Origin: Azolla caroliniana
Taxonomy: Eukaryota > Plantae > Polypodiophyta
NCBI GenBank assembly: GCA_043228905.1
Contig: JBHGNT010000001.1
Span: 13,020,001-13,084,000, forward strand
Length of the DNA: 64,000 nucleotides
Direction: 5' to 3'
Part shown: piece by piece, positions 36,409 through 46,600 of the stretch
Layout of the letters: every line of letters starts with the position of its first letter
Position numbering within the stretch: position 1 is the first letter of the stretch
Notes under the pieces: generated by a model
Told to the model about the DNA's origin: nothing
What the model saw: the letters and a program-made list of their open reading frames with translations, nothing else
Database searches by the model: none
Made by a program: the position numbers and the translations under genes

Positions 36409-38535
36409 ATGAGGGGGTCGGATCTCGCAGAGGCCATGGCTTCGGCCGTGGATCGGATTGTAAACGCGCGCGAGAGCACCGGTGCCCTCGACAGAGCTAT
36501 TGAGGCGGTCGTCGGTACGATCGGCCGGTTCGATGGGAAGGATGCCACGAAGTATTTGGCGTCCTACGGTGCAGAGATGCTGATGCGGGACATTCCGGAA
36601 GGAAGGCGTCTTGCCGGATTTCCCCGAGTGGCGATGCCGAGCATCCATGCGGAGGTGCTCGAGGTGCGGGCGGAGAGCCGTACCTGGGAGGAGTTCGAAG
36701 GTCGGCTCCTAGAGAAATACGGGCTGGACGACGCGCTCCGGCTTTCGAAGCGAAGGTTCATGGAATGGGTGGAGTCCCCGGGGAAGGGAAGAAACGCGTC
36801 GGCACTCCTCCGGGAGTTCGAGGAAAACTTTGCGCGCCTTTCGGCGCTCGACCGAACCATCCTGGACACGAGCCGGGTCTTGCTGTTTGTCAAGTCGGTC
36901 GACGAGCGGGATCGGGAGCAAGTGGGCCTCTTGCTGGAAACCGAAGACGGGCTCACTACCGACTGGGCGGCTGTCAAGAAGGTCTGTGGCCGTTTCGACA
37001 AACGGCGAGAATGGGCGGATAACGGGGTAACCGGGTCGGGCTCGGTCGCAGCAAGGAAGTTCGAACCAGCGCCACAGGTGCGAAAGGAAGAGACCCGAGA
37101 GTGGTTGGAAACCGGTTCGGCTTCGACCGGCGTAGTCAGAGGCTCAACCGGAGGAGCGGCGCTGGAGGAATTGACGAGGGCGGTAAAGGACCTCCAAATC
37201 GCGCAAGCCCGAAGGGAAGGTGGCGAACCGGCTCGTGACCGACGGCCGGCGGCAGGAAACAGGTGCATGTGGTGCGATGAAGTCGGCCACATTCGGAAGG
37301 ACTGCGGCGACTTCGCGGAGGCGCTGAGGGACAGGGTGGTGTACCTGTGGGAAGGACGGGTGCATGCCAGCGACACCCGAAGGGCCCTGAGCCGAAACGA
37401 CGGAAAAGGTGGTATGAAAAGGTTGATGGAAGAGGCGGCGGCCCGACACGCGGAAACCGTCCACTACTCGGCGTCGGCCGGCATTCGAGTCGGGGGCGGC
37501 GAGGCCCGAAGGGAAAGCAAAGCCGGATTCTGGCCGACGATGCTGGAAGGCCTTGCCGGTGCAAGGCTTAAAGGGGAGGAATCGGACCGTGCGGAGAAAC
37601 GGGTACGGGAGATGACCGGGTGGAGCGACCCGGTCGAGGAACGGACGGGCTTCGTGGAAGCCGCTTGCCAGAACTACGAGGCTCTGGTAGAAGAGAAGCG
37701 GGTGGGGAAACCCGGGACGACCGGGCCCTCACAACGATACGAGACCCGGTCCGGGCCACGACGGGACGAATCCGGCGGGGCCGGCACGCAAGATAAACCC
37801 CAGAAGGGCGGGTACCGTCTGGGGACGGAGATAGAAAGGACCACGGACTTACGGAAGGTCCTGGAGGAACGGATCCTCGACAGCAAGGTGGAGCTGTCGT
37901 TACGAGAGGTGCTGGGAATCGCCAAGAAGGAGTTCCACGACTCCATCGTGGACTTGGTGAAACGGAAGAGGCTGTCGACGGAGACAGAACCGGAAAGACC
38001 GGTGGAAGTGCGGACGACGCACCTAGACGACATGGCGCTGGGAGACGAGTGGGCGGAAAGCCACTATTCGAGGCCACACTGGGCCCGAGCGACCACGGAA
38101 ACCCCGGTGAAGATCGGCGATGTCCAGGAACCGGTGACAGCTTTGGTGGACCACGGATCGGAGATCAATTTGATGTCCATGGACTTCTATAAGAAGGGCA
38201 AATGGCCGATCAACACCAAGCACGGGTGGAAAATAAGGGCAGCAACGCGCGCCACCGAGGAACTGCACGGGGCCTGTCCGAATGTGCGAGTCAAGATTGG
38301 CGACGTCGAGATTGACCAGCACTTCTTCGTGCAGGAGACGTCTTCGCATCCGGTCATTCTGGGAGAGCCGTACATCACGGCGGCGCGAATGGAGACCAAA
38401 GTGCTGGACAATGGTTCGGCCTACGCGAGAGTCAAAAGCCAAGACGGGCGCCATTCGGTCCAGTTTCTGACGGTAAGGCCGAACCACGAACGTAACCGCG
38501 ATTCCCTCGGTTCCGAAACCCGAGAGGATTTTTAG
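36409..38535 (+). CDS. gag: Element E Gag + aspartic protease (ORF1)
   Basis: First ATG after the PBS (MRGSDLAEA); CCHC knuckle CMWCDEVGHIRKDC; protease-like ALVDHGSEINLM ... VILGEPYI. Confidence 0.88.
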   Translation: MRGSDLAEAMASAVDRIVNARESTGALDRAIEAVVGTIGRFDGKDATKYLASYGAEMLMRDIPEGRRLAGFPRVAMPSIHAEVLEVRAESRTWEEFEGRLLEKYGLDDALRLSKRRFMEWVESPGKGRNASALLREFEENFARLSALDRTILDTSRVLLFVKSVDERDREQVGLLLETEDGLTTDWAAVKKVCGRFDKRREWADNGVTGSGSVAARKFEPAPQVRKEETREWLETGSASTGVVRGSTGGAALEELTRAVKDLQIAQARREGGEPARDRRPAAGNRCMWCDEVGHIRKDCGDFAEALRDRVVYLWEGRVHASDTRRALSRNDGKGGMKRLMEEAAARHAETVHYSASAGIRVGGGEARRESKAGFWPTMLEGLAGARLKGEESDRAEKRVREMTGWSDPVEERTGFVEAACQNYEALVEEKRVGKPGTTGPSQRYETRSGPRRDESGGAGTQDKPQKGGYRLGTEIERTTDLRKVLEERILDSKVELSLREVLGIAKKEFHDSIVDLVKRKRLSTETEPERPVEVRTTHLDDMALGDEWAESHYSRPHWARATTETPVKIGDVQEPVTALVDHGSEINLMSMDFYKKGKWPINTKHGWKIRAATRATEELHGACPNVRVKIGDVEIDQHFFVQETSSHPVILGEPYITAARMETKVLDNGSAYARVKSQDGRHSVQFLTVRPNHERNRDSLGSETREDF

Positions 38536-41500
38536 AGAGGACTGCCAAGGCGTGGGGCCACGACAGTTCGGATGCTCCGGGAAAACCCCACATCTGTACA
38601 ATAAAACCGTGTACAATAGGTAGGAAATTTTGCTTCTCCGACAGCGGAGCATGTACGATGGTCGGCATCACCGGCCGAGAGAAAACAAAGACGGAGGGGA
38701 GACTTCGGGCGTGCGGAGTTCTCGGCTCTGACGAAGGAATCAACGGAGCCGTGGAGGCAGTCTCTTTCGACGACACCTTGGGAATGCTGGGGAAGGTAGT
38801 CGAAGAAGACCTTAACGAAGACCGGACGATACCGGTATGTTCCGAAGAAATGTACGAAGTCATCGCGGACTTCGGTCGAGGGCTCGAGTCGGAACGGACG
38901 GCCCGGGTGAGCACCAAGTACAAGACGGTGGACCGGAAGGTGAGGCCAGTTGCGGCGCCCTTACCGGAGGGCAGTGAATCCCGGATTAAAGGGGTTGCAT
39001 CGGACCCCAGCTTACGAGATCGGGCCTGCATAGGACACACCTTCACCAACGAGACGCTCCGCGAGCTGAAGATCGGTGGGGGCGGGTTCCTACTGCCGGC
39101 GGAGGAAGACCGGTTCCGGAGAATGCTCGGAAGGCACGGGAAAGCCTTCGCATTCTCGCCGGAGGAAATCGGGTGCGTGGACCCGACGATCGTAGAGCCG
39201 ATGGTGATATTCACGGTACCGCATGTACCGTGGAATCTCAAGCCAATTTCGGTTCCGAGAGCTCACATCCCGAAGTTGATGGAGCTGTTGAAGCAGAAAG
39301 TTGATATGGGCATTCTCGAGCCGTCGAGCGCCCCGTATTCAAACCGCTGGTTTACCGTACCAAAGAAAAACGGATCATTGCGCTTCATTCAGGACCTGCA
39401 GCCGGTCAATAGAGTGACCATTCGGAACGCGGGGATCGGACCGACCATAGACGAGTTCGCGGAGGCCTTCGCCGGAAGGTCGATTTACTCGGTCGGTGAT
39501 CTATACTCAGGGTATGACCAGTTCCAGCTAGCCGTGGAGAGCAGAGACATTACGACGATGCGAACTCCCCTCGGCCTAGTGCGGATGTGTACGCTGCCGC
39601 AAGGAGGGACCAACTCGGTGGCCCACATGGTGAATGCGATGAACAAGGTGCTGAGGGACTGCATCCCGAACATCACCATGCCGTTTCTAGACGACATCCC
39701 GATCAAGGGATGCCCGGTAGAAGAGAAGGACGAGACGATCGGGCCGGACGGATGCCGGCGATTCGTGACGGCGCACATCGACGACTGCGAGAAGGTGCTG
39801 CAAAGGCTAGAGGAGGCGAGGCTCACCTTCTCGGGGGAGAAATCAGCCTTCGGGCAGTCGGAAATCATGGTGGTCGGACACTTATGTGGGCCATATGGCC
39901 GGAAACCGTCTCCGGCAAAGGTAGAAGCCATCTCCGCGATGAAGCCCGACTGCAGCTCGGTCACGGAAGTGCGAAGATTCCTGGGGGCATGCGCATTCTA
40001 CCACATATGGATCCCGCATTACGCCCACGTTGCGGAGCCGCTATACGGATTACTGAGGAAAGGGCGAAGATTCGAATGGCTAGACAAGCACACGGAGTCG
40101 GTCCGGAAGCTGAAGGAGGCTCTTTCGGCAGCACCGGCGCTCCGAAAGGCCGTCTACAGGAAGGGCACCCCAGTGTACATAACGGTTGACACGAGTCCGA
40201 CCGGAATCGGGTGGGTCGTCAACCAAGAAGACGAGGACGGCAATCGGTTCCCGATCCGATTCGGTGCGAAGGTCCTCAGCGAACGGCAGCGAGGATACGC
40301 CCAGGTTAAACGCGAACTCTGGGGTATCGTTTCGGCGGTGAAGGCCGACAAGGACTATCTGATCGGGACGGAGGTAATCATAGAGACGGATTGCATGCCG
40401 ATTCTCGGCATGATTTCCGGATGCGCGACGCCGGACCTGGCAATGCTCAGGTGGATAGCGTATATCAAGTCCCTAGACCCGGTAATACGACACATTTCCG
40501 GGAAAGACAACGCCATGGCCGACATGCTTTCAAGGGCGAGATTCGATGACGAGGGCGGCATGGTTTCGGAGGACGAAGACGTCGGCGTGGACTTCTTCGA
40601 GACTGCGTATGTAACAACAGACGGAACAAGCACTCCGGCGCTTAACGACTTCGACGCGAGCAAGTACGACGGGGAGTGGCTGCAGATCGGTGGGTTTCTG
40701 AAGACAATGACGCCCGATGCGTCATGGACGAAGGACGAGGCCGACCGGATCCGGAAGAAAGCGTACCGGTTCTTTCTCCGGGATAGCTGTCTATGGAAGC
40801 ACCCGAAGAAGAAGGACGGCGTTCCGCTCCGGGTGGTGGCGATGAAGGAAGAACAGGAGGAGCTGCTGACGGCCTACCACGACAGCCCTTGGGCTGGACA
40901 CCGTGGAACATGGGCTACGTTTGAGAAACTGAAGGGGAAGTATTGGTGGCCGGGGCAGTACCAGGACGTGCATCGGTTCGTGACAACTTGCGAGAGCTGT
41001 CAGATGCACTCCACAGTCCGACATCGGGACGAGCTTCACCCCACGTACCCTCCGACCATCCACTTCAAATGGATGGTAGATCTGGTGACGATGCCAATGG
41101 GAGTAGGACAGATGCGGTACCTGGTCCTAGCGCGGGAGGATCTGACGAACCAGGTGGAAGGCCGGGCCCTTCCGAACAAAACAACCGCGGCCGTATGCCG
41201 GTTCCTAGTCGAGGACGTGATATGCCGGTATGGGTGCGTCGGAAAGATCGTGGCTGACCGAGGGGAGTTGGACGCCGAAGAAGCCGCGGAGCTGTTCGAC
41301 CGGCTGGGAGTCAAGCTCTCGCTCACCACTGCGTACAATCCGGAGGCGAATGGAAAGGTGGAGCGCGGACACGGACCGATCGTCAAGGCGTTGGTTCGGG
41401 CATGCAGAGGCCGAGTCGGTAACTGGCCGCGGCTGCTACCTTATGCTTTGTGGGCGGACCGGACCACGCACAGTTCGGTAACCGGGTACATGCCGACGGA

Positions 41501-42014
41501 GCTCATGTTCGGCCAGAAGCCGATCATGCCGATGGAACGGACGATCTCCTCGTGGGCAACGGTCGACTGGAGGGACGAGATGAGCCGGGAGGAGTTGTTG
41601 GCCGCGCGCATACGACAGCTCGAGCGGAGACCGGAGGACGTGGAACTGGCTGCGGAGAAGCTCCGAGTGGCGAGGAGAAAGAACAAAGCCAGGTTCGACC
41701 GAACGCACCGGCTCCGACCGAAGAAAATCGAAGAAGGTGACTGGGTGCTCGTCTACGATAGCAGCCTCGACAACCAGCACCGAGCTACACGGAAGTTCGC
41801 ACGAAGGTGGTTCGGGCCTTACGTGGTACGGAGCGCCAATGACAACGGGACATACCACCTGGCGGAACTCGACGGCACGAGAATGACGATACCGGTTGCA
41901 GGGAAACGGATCAAAGCGTTCAAGAAGCGACACGACGACGAGCCAGACCCGGCTCTCCTGGTCGGCAGTGACGAACGATCCGAAAACGAGGAAGAACCGA
42001 CGGGCGAGGAATGA
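38532..42014 (+). CDS. pol: Element E Pol (RT, RNase H, integrase), probably translated by a -1 frameshift from ORF1
   Basis: The -1 frame is open from the GGATTTT site through the track ORF 38658-42014. PFLDDIP, TVDTSPTG, HHCC zinc finger, ADRGE, ANGKVERGH, RWFGPY; no chromodomain. Confidence 0.9.
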   Translation, partial: LERTAKAWGHDSSDAPGKPHICTIKPCTIGRKFCFSDSGACTMVGITGREKTKTEGRLRACGVLGSDEGINGAVEAVSFDDTLGMLGKVVEEDLNEDRTIPVCSEEMYEVIADFGRGLESERTARVSTKYKTVDRKVRPVAAPLPEGSESRIKGVASDPSLRDRACIGHTFTNETLRELKIGGGGFLLPAEEDRFRRMLGRHGKAFAFSPEEIGCVDPTIVEPMVIFTVPHVPWNLKPISVPRAHIPKLMELLKQKVDMGILEPSSAPYSNRWFTVPKKNGSLRFIQDLQPVNRVTIRNAGIGPTIDEFAEAFAGRSIYSVGDLYSGYDQFQLAVESRDITTMRTPLGLVRMCTLPQGGTNSVAHMVNAMNKVLRDCIPNITMPFLDDIPIKGCPVEEKDETIGPDGCRRFVTAHIDDCEKVLQRLEEARLTFSGEKSAFGQSEIMVVGHLCGPYGRKPSPAKVEAISAMKPDCSSVTEVRRFLGACAFYHIWIPHYAHVAEPLYGLLRKGRRFEWLDKHTESVRKLKEALSAAPALRKAVYRKGTPVYITVDTSPTGIGWVVNQEDEDGNRFPIRFGAKVLSERQRGYAQVKRELWGIVSAVKADKDYLIGTEVIIETDCMPILGMISGCATPDLAMLRWIAYIKSLDPVIRHISGKDNAMADMLSRARFDDEGGMVSEDEDVGVDFFETAYVTTDGTSTPALNDFDASKYDGEWLQIGGFLKTMTPDASWTKDEADRIRKKAYRFFLRDSCLWKHPKKKDGVPLRVVAMKEEQEELLTAYHDSPWAGHRGTWATFEKLKGKYWWPGQYQDVHRFVTTCESCQMHSTVRHRDELHPTYPPTIHFKWMVDLVTMPMGVGQMRYLVLAREDLTNQVEGRALPNKTTAAVCRFLVEDVICRYGCVGKIVADRGELDAEEAAELFDRLGVKLSLTTAYNPEANGKVERGHGPIVKALVRACRGRVGNWPRLLPYALWADRTTHSSVTGYMPTELMFGQKPIMPMERTISSWATVDWRDEMSREELLAARIRQLERRPEDVELAAEKLRVARRKNKARFDRTHRLRPKKIEEGDWVLVYDSSLDNQHRATRKFARRWFGPYVVRSANDNGTYHLAELDGTRMTIPVAGKRIKAFKKRHDDEPDPALLVGSDERSENEEEPTGEE

Positions 42015-42968
42015 AGACGGGCCGGTTTTCTCCGTCCCAACCCTCTTGGCGCATACCGGAGGATGCGCGGTTAGGTGGGGGCGGATGTCGTGAAGAAAAC
42101 CGTCCATAGGCGGAATCGGCGCACCAAGGCGTGGGAACCGGTTCTTCACGCGCGCACGCTCCAAGTAGTACATAGAAGCGAATTAGGAGGATAATCGGCA
42201 GGAACGGGCCCTAACTCAAGTGGAGACAAAGACCGCGCGAACAGTCTTTTCGGTCGCGCGCGCGAACTGTACGAGTCGGCGGCGTAACTACGCGGATGCG
42301 TGAAAAACGGAGCGGATCCCTGTCCAAAAGGGACAGGGAATAAAGCTGACAGGACGGCCTGCTCGTCGGCCTATATAAGGAGCGGGAAAGAGCTGTTGCA
42401 GATATATCTCGCGCAGAGAGGACGAAGTGCTGCCGGACCGTTTCTGGACGCTTCGCTCTCTGTTTCCTTCCGACTTGAGCTCCATAGCTTTCCGTGCAGG
42501 GTTCCGAGGAGGCTCGCGCTGTTTTCGAGGAACGCCCGAGTGCTTCCGGCAGCACCTCCGACCAGCTACAGCCCCTTTGAGCGTCGAAGTGAACAGGCAT
42601 CGGCATCTGTTCGCCGGCCTGTTCGGTCGTAACCAACCTGTGCCCCGTCGAGGGTTGTAGTCGTGTTAGCCGTTTTTCTTAATATACACATTTAGCCATT
42701 CGCATCTGTCTGTGTCGGTGTCTGTTCGTGTTCTCCGTGCTGAAGGGCCGTGTCCCTGTGTACCCCCGGTCCTGCGTAGCCGGTTCTCTCTCTTTCCCCT
42801 CCCTCGCTTGCTCTTTGGTTCGAGACCCCCGCGGTCCCGCCTCGATTCCACACGCACTTGCATAATATCCCGACATCGGCAAGATAATGGTTGATAGAGG
42901 CGAGATGGACGCCAAGGAAGCTAAAGAATTCTTCTCTAGGATGGGAATCAAATTATCTCTTACCACGG

Positions 42969-43518
42969 TGTCATGAAGATTTCCAACTTTGGTGTGAAAC
43001 CGGAATGGAATGGGCAAGTCAGCAATGTGCAACATGTGCACATGTATAGTAGGAAAATAGTGTATAGAATAAGGGGGAGAATTTATCCCACATTGTAACG
43101 TCCCTCCCTCCTTGGGCTATAAAAGGAAGGGAAGGGTCTCTTGTGAAGGGGTTGCCTATTTTGAGTGATAGAGGTATGCCACTTAGGTCGAGGGTTTCTA
43201 TTTCGATTTTAGGGTTTCTTCTAGGGTTTTACTATTCTTCTTCTTCTTCTTCATACCATTTCGGGTTTAGGGTTTCGCATAGGGTTTCTTCTTCATCTTC
43301 TTCTTTACTTTACTTATCCAGTTAGGGTTCCATACATTGTTTTCGTTCGGCCTCTTAATATAACTCGTTTGTGTATCTTGCCTCCATCCATTCTATGTTT
43401 ATGTCCTATTCTTTCTCCTCTCCTCTCGAGCTAAGCTTCCATTCCCCCTCTACTCCCTAGTCCAAGACCCTCGTGGTCCCGCCTAAGATCTTACACGTAC
43501 TCGCGGAATACCACGACA
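42969..43518 (+). mobile_element. Trp-family solo LTR with non-matching flanks (likely recombinant)
   Basis: TGTCATG...CACGACA; left flank ACGG in gypsy D integrase, right flank ACGT in an inverted copia RT/RH. Confidence 0.8.
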
Positions 43519-43601
43519 ACGTGGACCAGCTGGTAGCTGCATCAGCTGACATGTTGGAGTCTGTGAACCCTTCCAACATGGGATTGTCTGAGTCGTACCG
43601 G

Positions 43602-46600
43602 TGTCGCGTATTTCCACACGTGCGTGTAAAATAAGGCGGGACCACGGGGGGCTCGGACTAGGGAGTAGATGGGAAGATGGGTATGAGCAAAGTGGAACAG
43701 ATTAACATGGTAGAGAAAGTAGAAAGAGACAAGATTTATGAAGTTATGTATATTATGGGCATGAAAGCCGCCATGCGATTACAACCGCGACCGCGTGGGC
43801 CGGACTCAAAACAAAAGTAGAGTGTAAACCCTAATCAAATAAGTAAAGAAAGAGATGAAGAAACCCTAGTAGAAACCCTAAACCAAATAGAAACCCTTGA
43901 CCTAAGTGGTATACCTCTTCTCACTCAAAATAGGCAACCCCTTCAATGGTGCCCCTTCCTCTCCTTTTATAGCATAAGGAGAGAAAGACGTTACAAAAAG
44001 GAGAGACTAAATATCCCCTTCATTCAATGGGGATATTTGCTTAGATTCTAGGAGGAGGGATTGATGGGGTCTTAGCTCCCACTCCTCACACATACTACTA
44101 TGCCCATTACTCACCTCATACTCTACAAAGTGCACATCAAATTTATGCCTCTACGAACTTCGTGGTGCACCTTTAGCACCTTAGATTATTACCCTTCCCA
44201 TTACATTTTGTTTACTTATTCTTATTACACAAATTTACAAGTGCACGTGCCACGTTGCACATCCCCATTTTATTTGTCCCTCCCGGTTTTCTCACCGTAG
44301 TCGGAAATCTTCATGACATCCGCCCCCACCAAACCGCACATCCACCGGTATGTGCCAAGAGGGAAAAGGTGAGAGATTTTGGTGACGGTGATCAACTGGG
44401 CCCTCCGCCGTCCCGGCACCCGACCGCCTTGTTGGCTCCTTCCGGCCCTGATCCGTCGGCTCCATCCAATCCACCATATCCAACGTTCGAGCCTTCCTCC
44501 CCGATCGGTCCTCTCAAACGCCGTCGTCGACCCGGCCACTCCGACTTTGTCCACCATGTATGCCCTTCGATTGGACCCCCGGTCACTTCGGTTGTATGTC
44601 GGATTCTGCGCCTTGCGTGCCGCGTATGTCCCTCCATCGGTTCGATCGTCTCTACGTCCCGAACACCTCCGCGTGCCGACTCTCTCCGCTCCGCACTCGC
44701 CTTCCGTAGGCTCTTCCGTGTGCCATTATCGTTCCCCGAACGTGCACTCATTCTTCGGTCCTTAGGCGACCCCATTACGCACTCCTCGCTTCCCCCTTGC
44801 TCGTCGTGCTCTCTCGTCGTAGAGCGTACCATCATACCAACCCCCGTGTCGGTGTCCTTCACGGCTCTTGTTACCGCTTCGCCTCAACTTGCGCCCTCTT
44901 GGCCTCGCATGTCCTCCAAGACGCCACGCTTTCTCTTCCCGGCTTGTACCCCTTTGTTCTCCGCACACCATCCTTCTCTCCCGTCGTTCATCCGCCGATC
45001 ACGGCTTGTATCCCTTTGCTTGCCTCTCAAAGGCTTGACCGGTCCGCTATTTCCGGTCACTCATTGCCGCTCTTCCAGGTGCATGCTTACTTCTTGGCCC
45101 TTCACCAGTCGTAGTGCATGCTTCGTTTTACGCCATTCACTCGTCGTAGACCTGACCTCCGCATCGGCCTCTTCTCCCTTTGTTGCCGTAGCCTATTCCG
45201 ACTCGGGCTTGCCGTCTTGGCCCCGCTCGTCCATTATTTTCATACCGGATACCCGCTCCGGTAACCGACTCCTCGCCGCCACCCGCCATCTCTCCGGTCT
45301 TACGTTGATCCGCGACCGCCGAAGTTTCTAGAATAGGTGTGGAGGGTCTCGCCCGTTTCCGGTCTTTCACGGAACCATAGTCGTCATGCCCGCTTGGCCT
45401 CCTTCTCGCGCTCACCGGCTCCCACCATGTGTTGCGAATCGTCCTCCCCAATCTCCAATCATGTCAGCTTGGTCCTTGCCCGGTTCGGTCCCGACCGATC
45501 ATGTTCCGGTTTGGTCGGCTTCCTTCCATAATCGTAACTGGCTGGTAAGAGTTCGGCCGAACACTTCCGGTCTTGCCAGCTCTTCTTTAGTTTGGGCCCG
45601 GTTGACCGGCCCCCGCTTCATTCTTTTCCCAGTTCGCCCTCTGGTAGGGTCAATTCCCAACTCTCTCCTTGTTGCCGCTCTCGGCCTCTCCTTCGGTCCT
45701 TTCGTATATGCCCGTTCCGGGGCTCGCATCCTCCTCTTCGTTTCGGTCACCCGCCTTGCCGCCTCCACCGTCGGTCACTCTAAGTCTCATACCGTCTCTC
45801 GAGCTTGATGCCGGAGTCTATAGAACCGGTGCGGGTAAGATCCCGGCACCGCCGCTCGTTATGTCCGTAGTCACCTCCATCCGGACGTCGTTGTTCATGG
45901 CTACCCCGTCTCAGATCGCGGAAGCCTTGATTACGCTTGCCGCCTCCTCTTCCTCGATCTCCTTGCCGTCGTCTTGGTTGCCCGCCTTGCCGCCGCCACC
46001 GTCTGTCACTCTAGGTCTCATACCGGCTCTCGGGCCGGATGTCGGATTCTCTAGAACCGGTGCGGGTAAGATCCCGGCACCGTCGCTCATTATGTCTGTA
46101 GCCACCTCCATCCGGACGTCGTTGTTCGTGGCTACCCCGTCTCCGATCGCGGAAGCCTCGATTACGCTTGCCGCCTCCTCTTCCTCGATCTCCTTGTTGT
46201 CGTCTTGGTTGCCCGCCTTGCCGCCGCCACCATTCATCACTCTAGGTCTCACACCGACTCTCGGGCTGGATGCCGGAGTCTCTAGAATCGGTGTGGGTAA
46301 GATCCCAGCACCGTTGCTCGTTATGTCCGTAGCCACCTCCATCCGGACATCGTTGTTCGTGGCTACCCCGTCTCCGATGGCGAAAGCCTCGATTACGCTT
46401 GCCGCCTCCTCTTCCTTGATCTCCTTGCCGTCGTCTTGGTTGCCCGCCTTGCCGCCGCCACCGTTCATCACTCTAGGTCTCACACCAGCTCTCGGGCCCG
46501 ATGCCGGAGTCTCTAGAATCGGTGCGGGTAAGATCCTGGCACCGCCGCTCGTTATGTCCATAGCCACCTCCATCCGGACGTTGCTGTTCGTGGCTACCCC

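Larger units (their letters stand above)
35576..42875 (+). mobile_element. Intact tRNA-Trp-primed Ty3/gypsy element E
   Basis: Two 790-bp LTRs (35576-36365, 42086-42875) with no mismatch noticed; PBS 36369-36385; PPT GGTGGGGGCGGA ~42074-42085; 4-bp TSD TCGG; both ORFs open. Confidence 0.96.
23097..42968 (+). mobile_element. Trp-primed Ty3/gypsy element D (degenerate, 3' end lost, hosts three nested insertions)
   Basis: 5' LTR 23097-24297 (TGTCGTG...CATGACA), PBS TGGTGAACCCGACGTGA 24306-24322, gag-PR 30729-32906, pol to 35575 and 42880-42968; left flank TCGT. Confidence 0.85.

Noticed and set aside
44255-45331. 358-aa plus-strand ORF in element F
   Set aside because: Antisense to decayed element sequence, GC-rich, starts inside the LTR, and has no recognisable domain.
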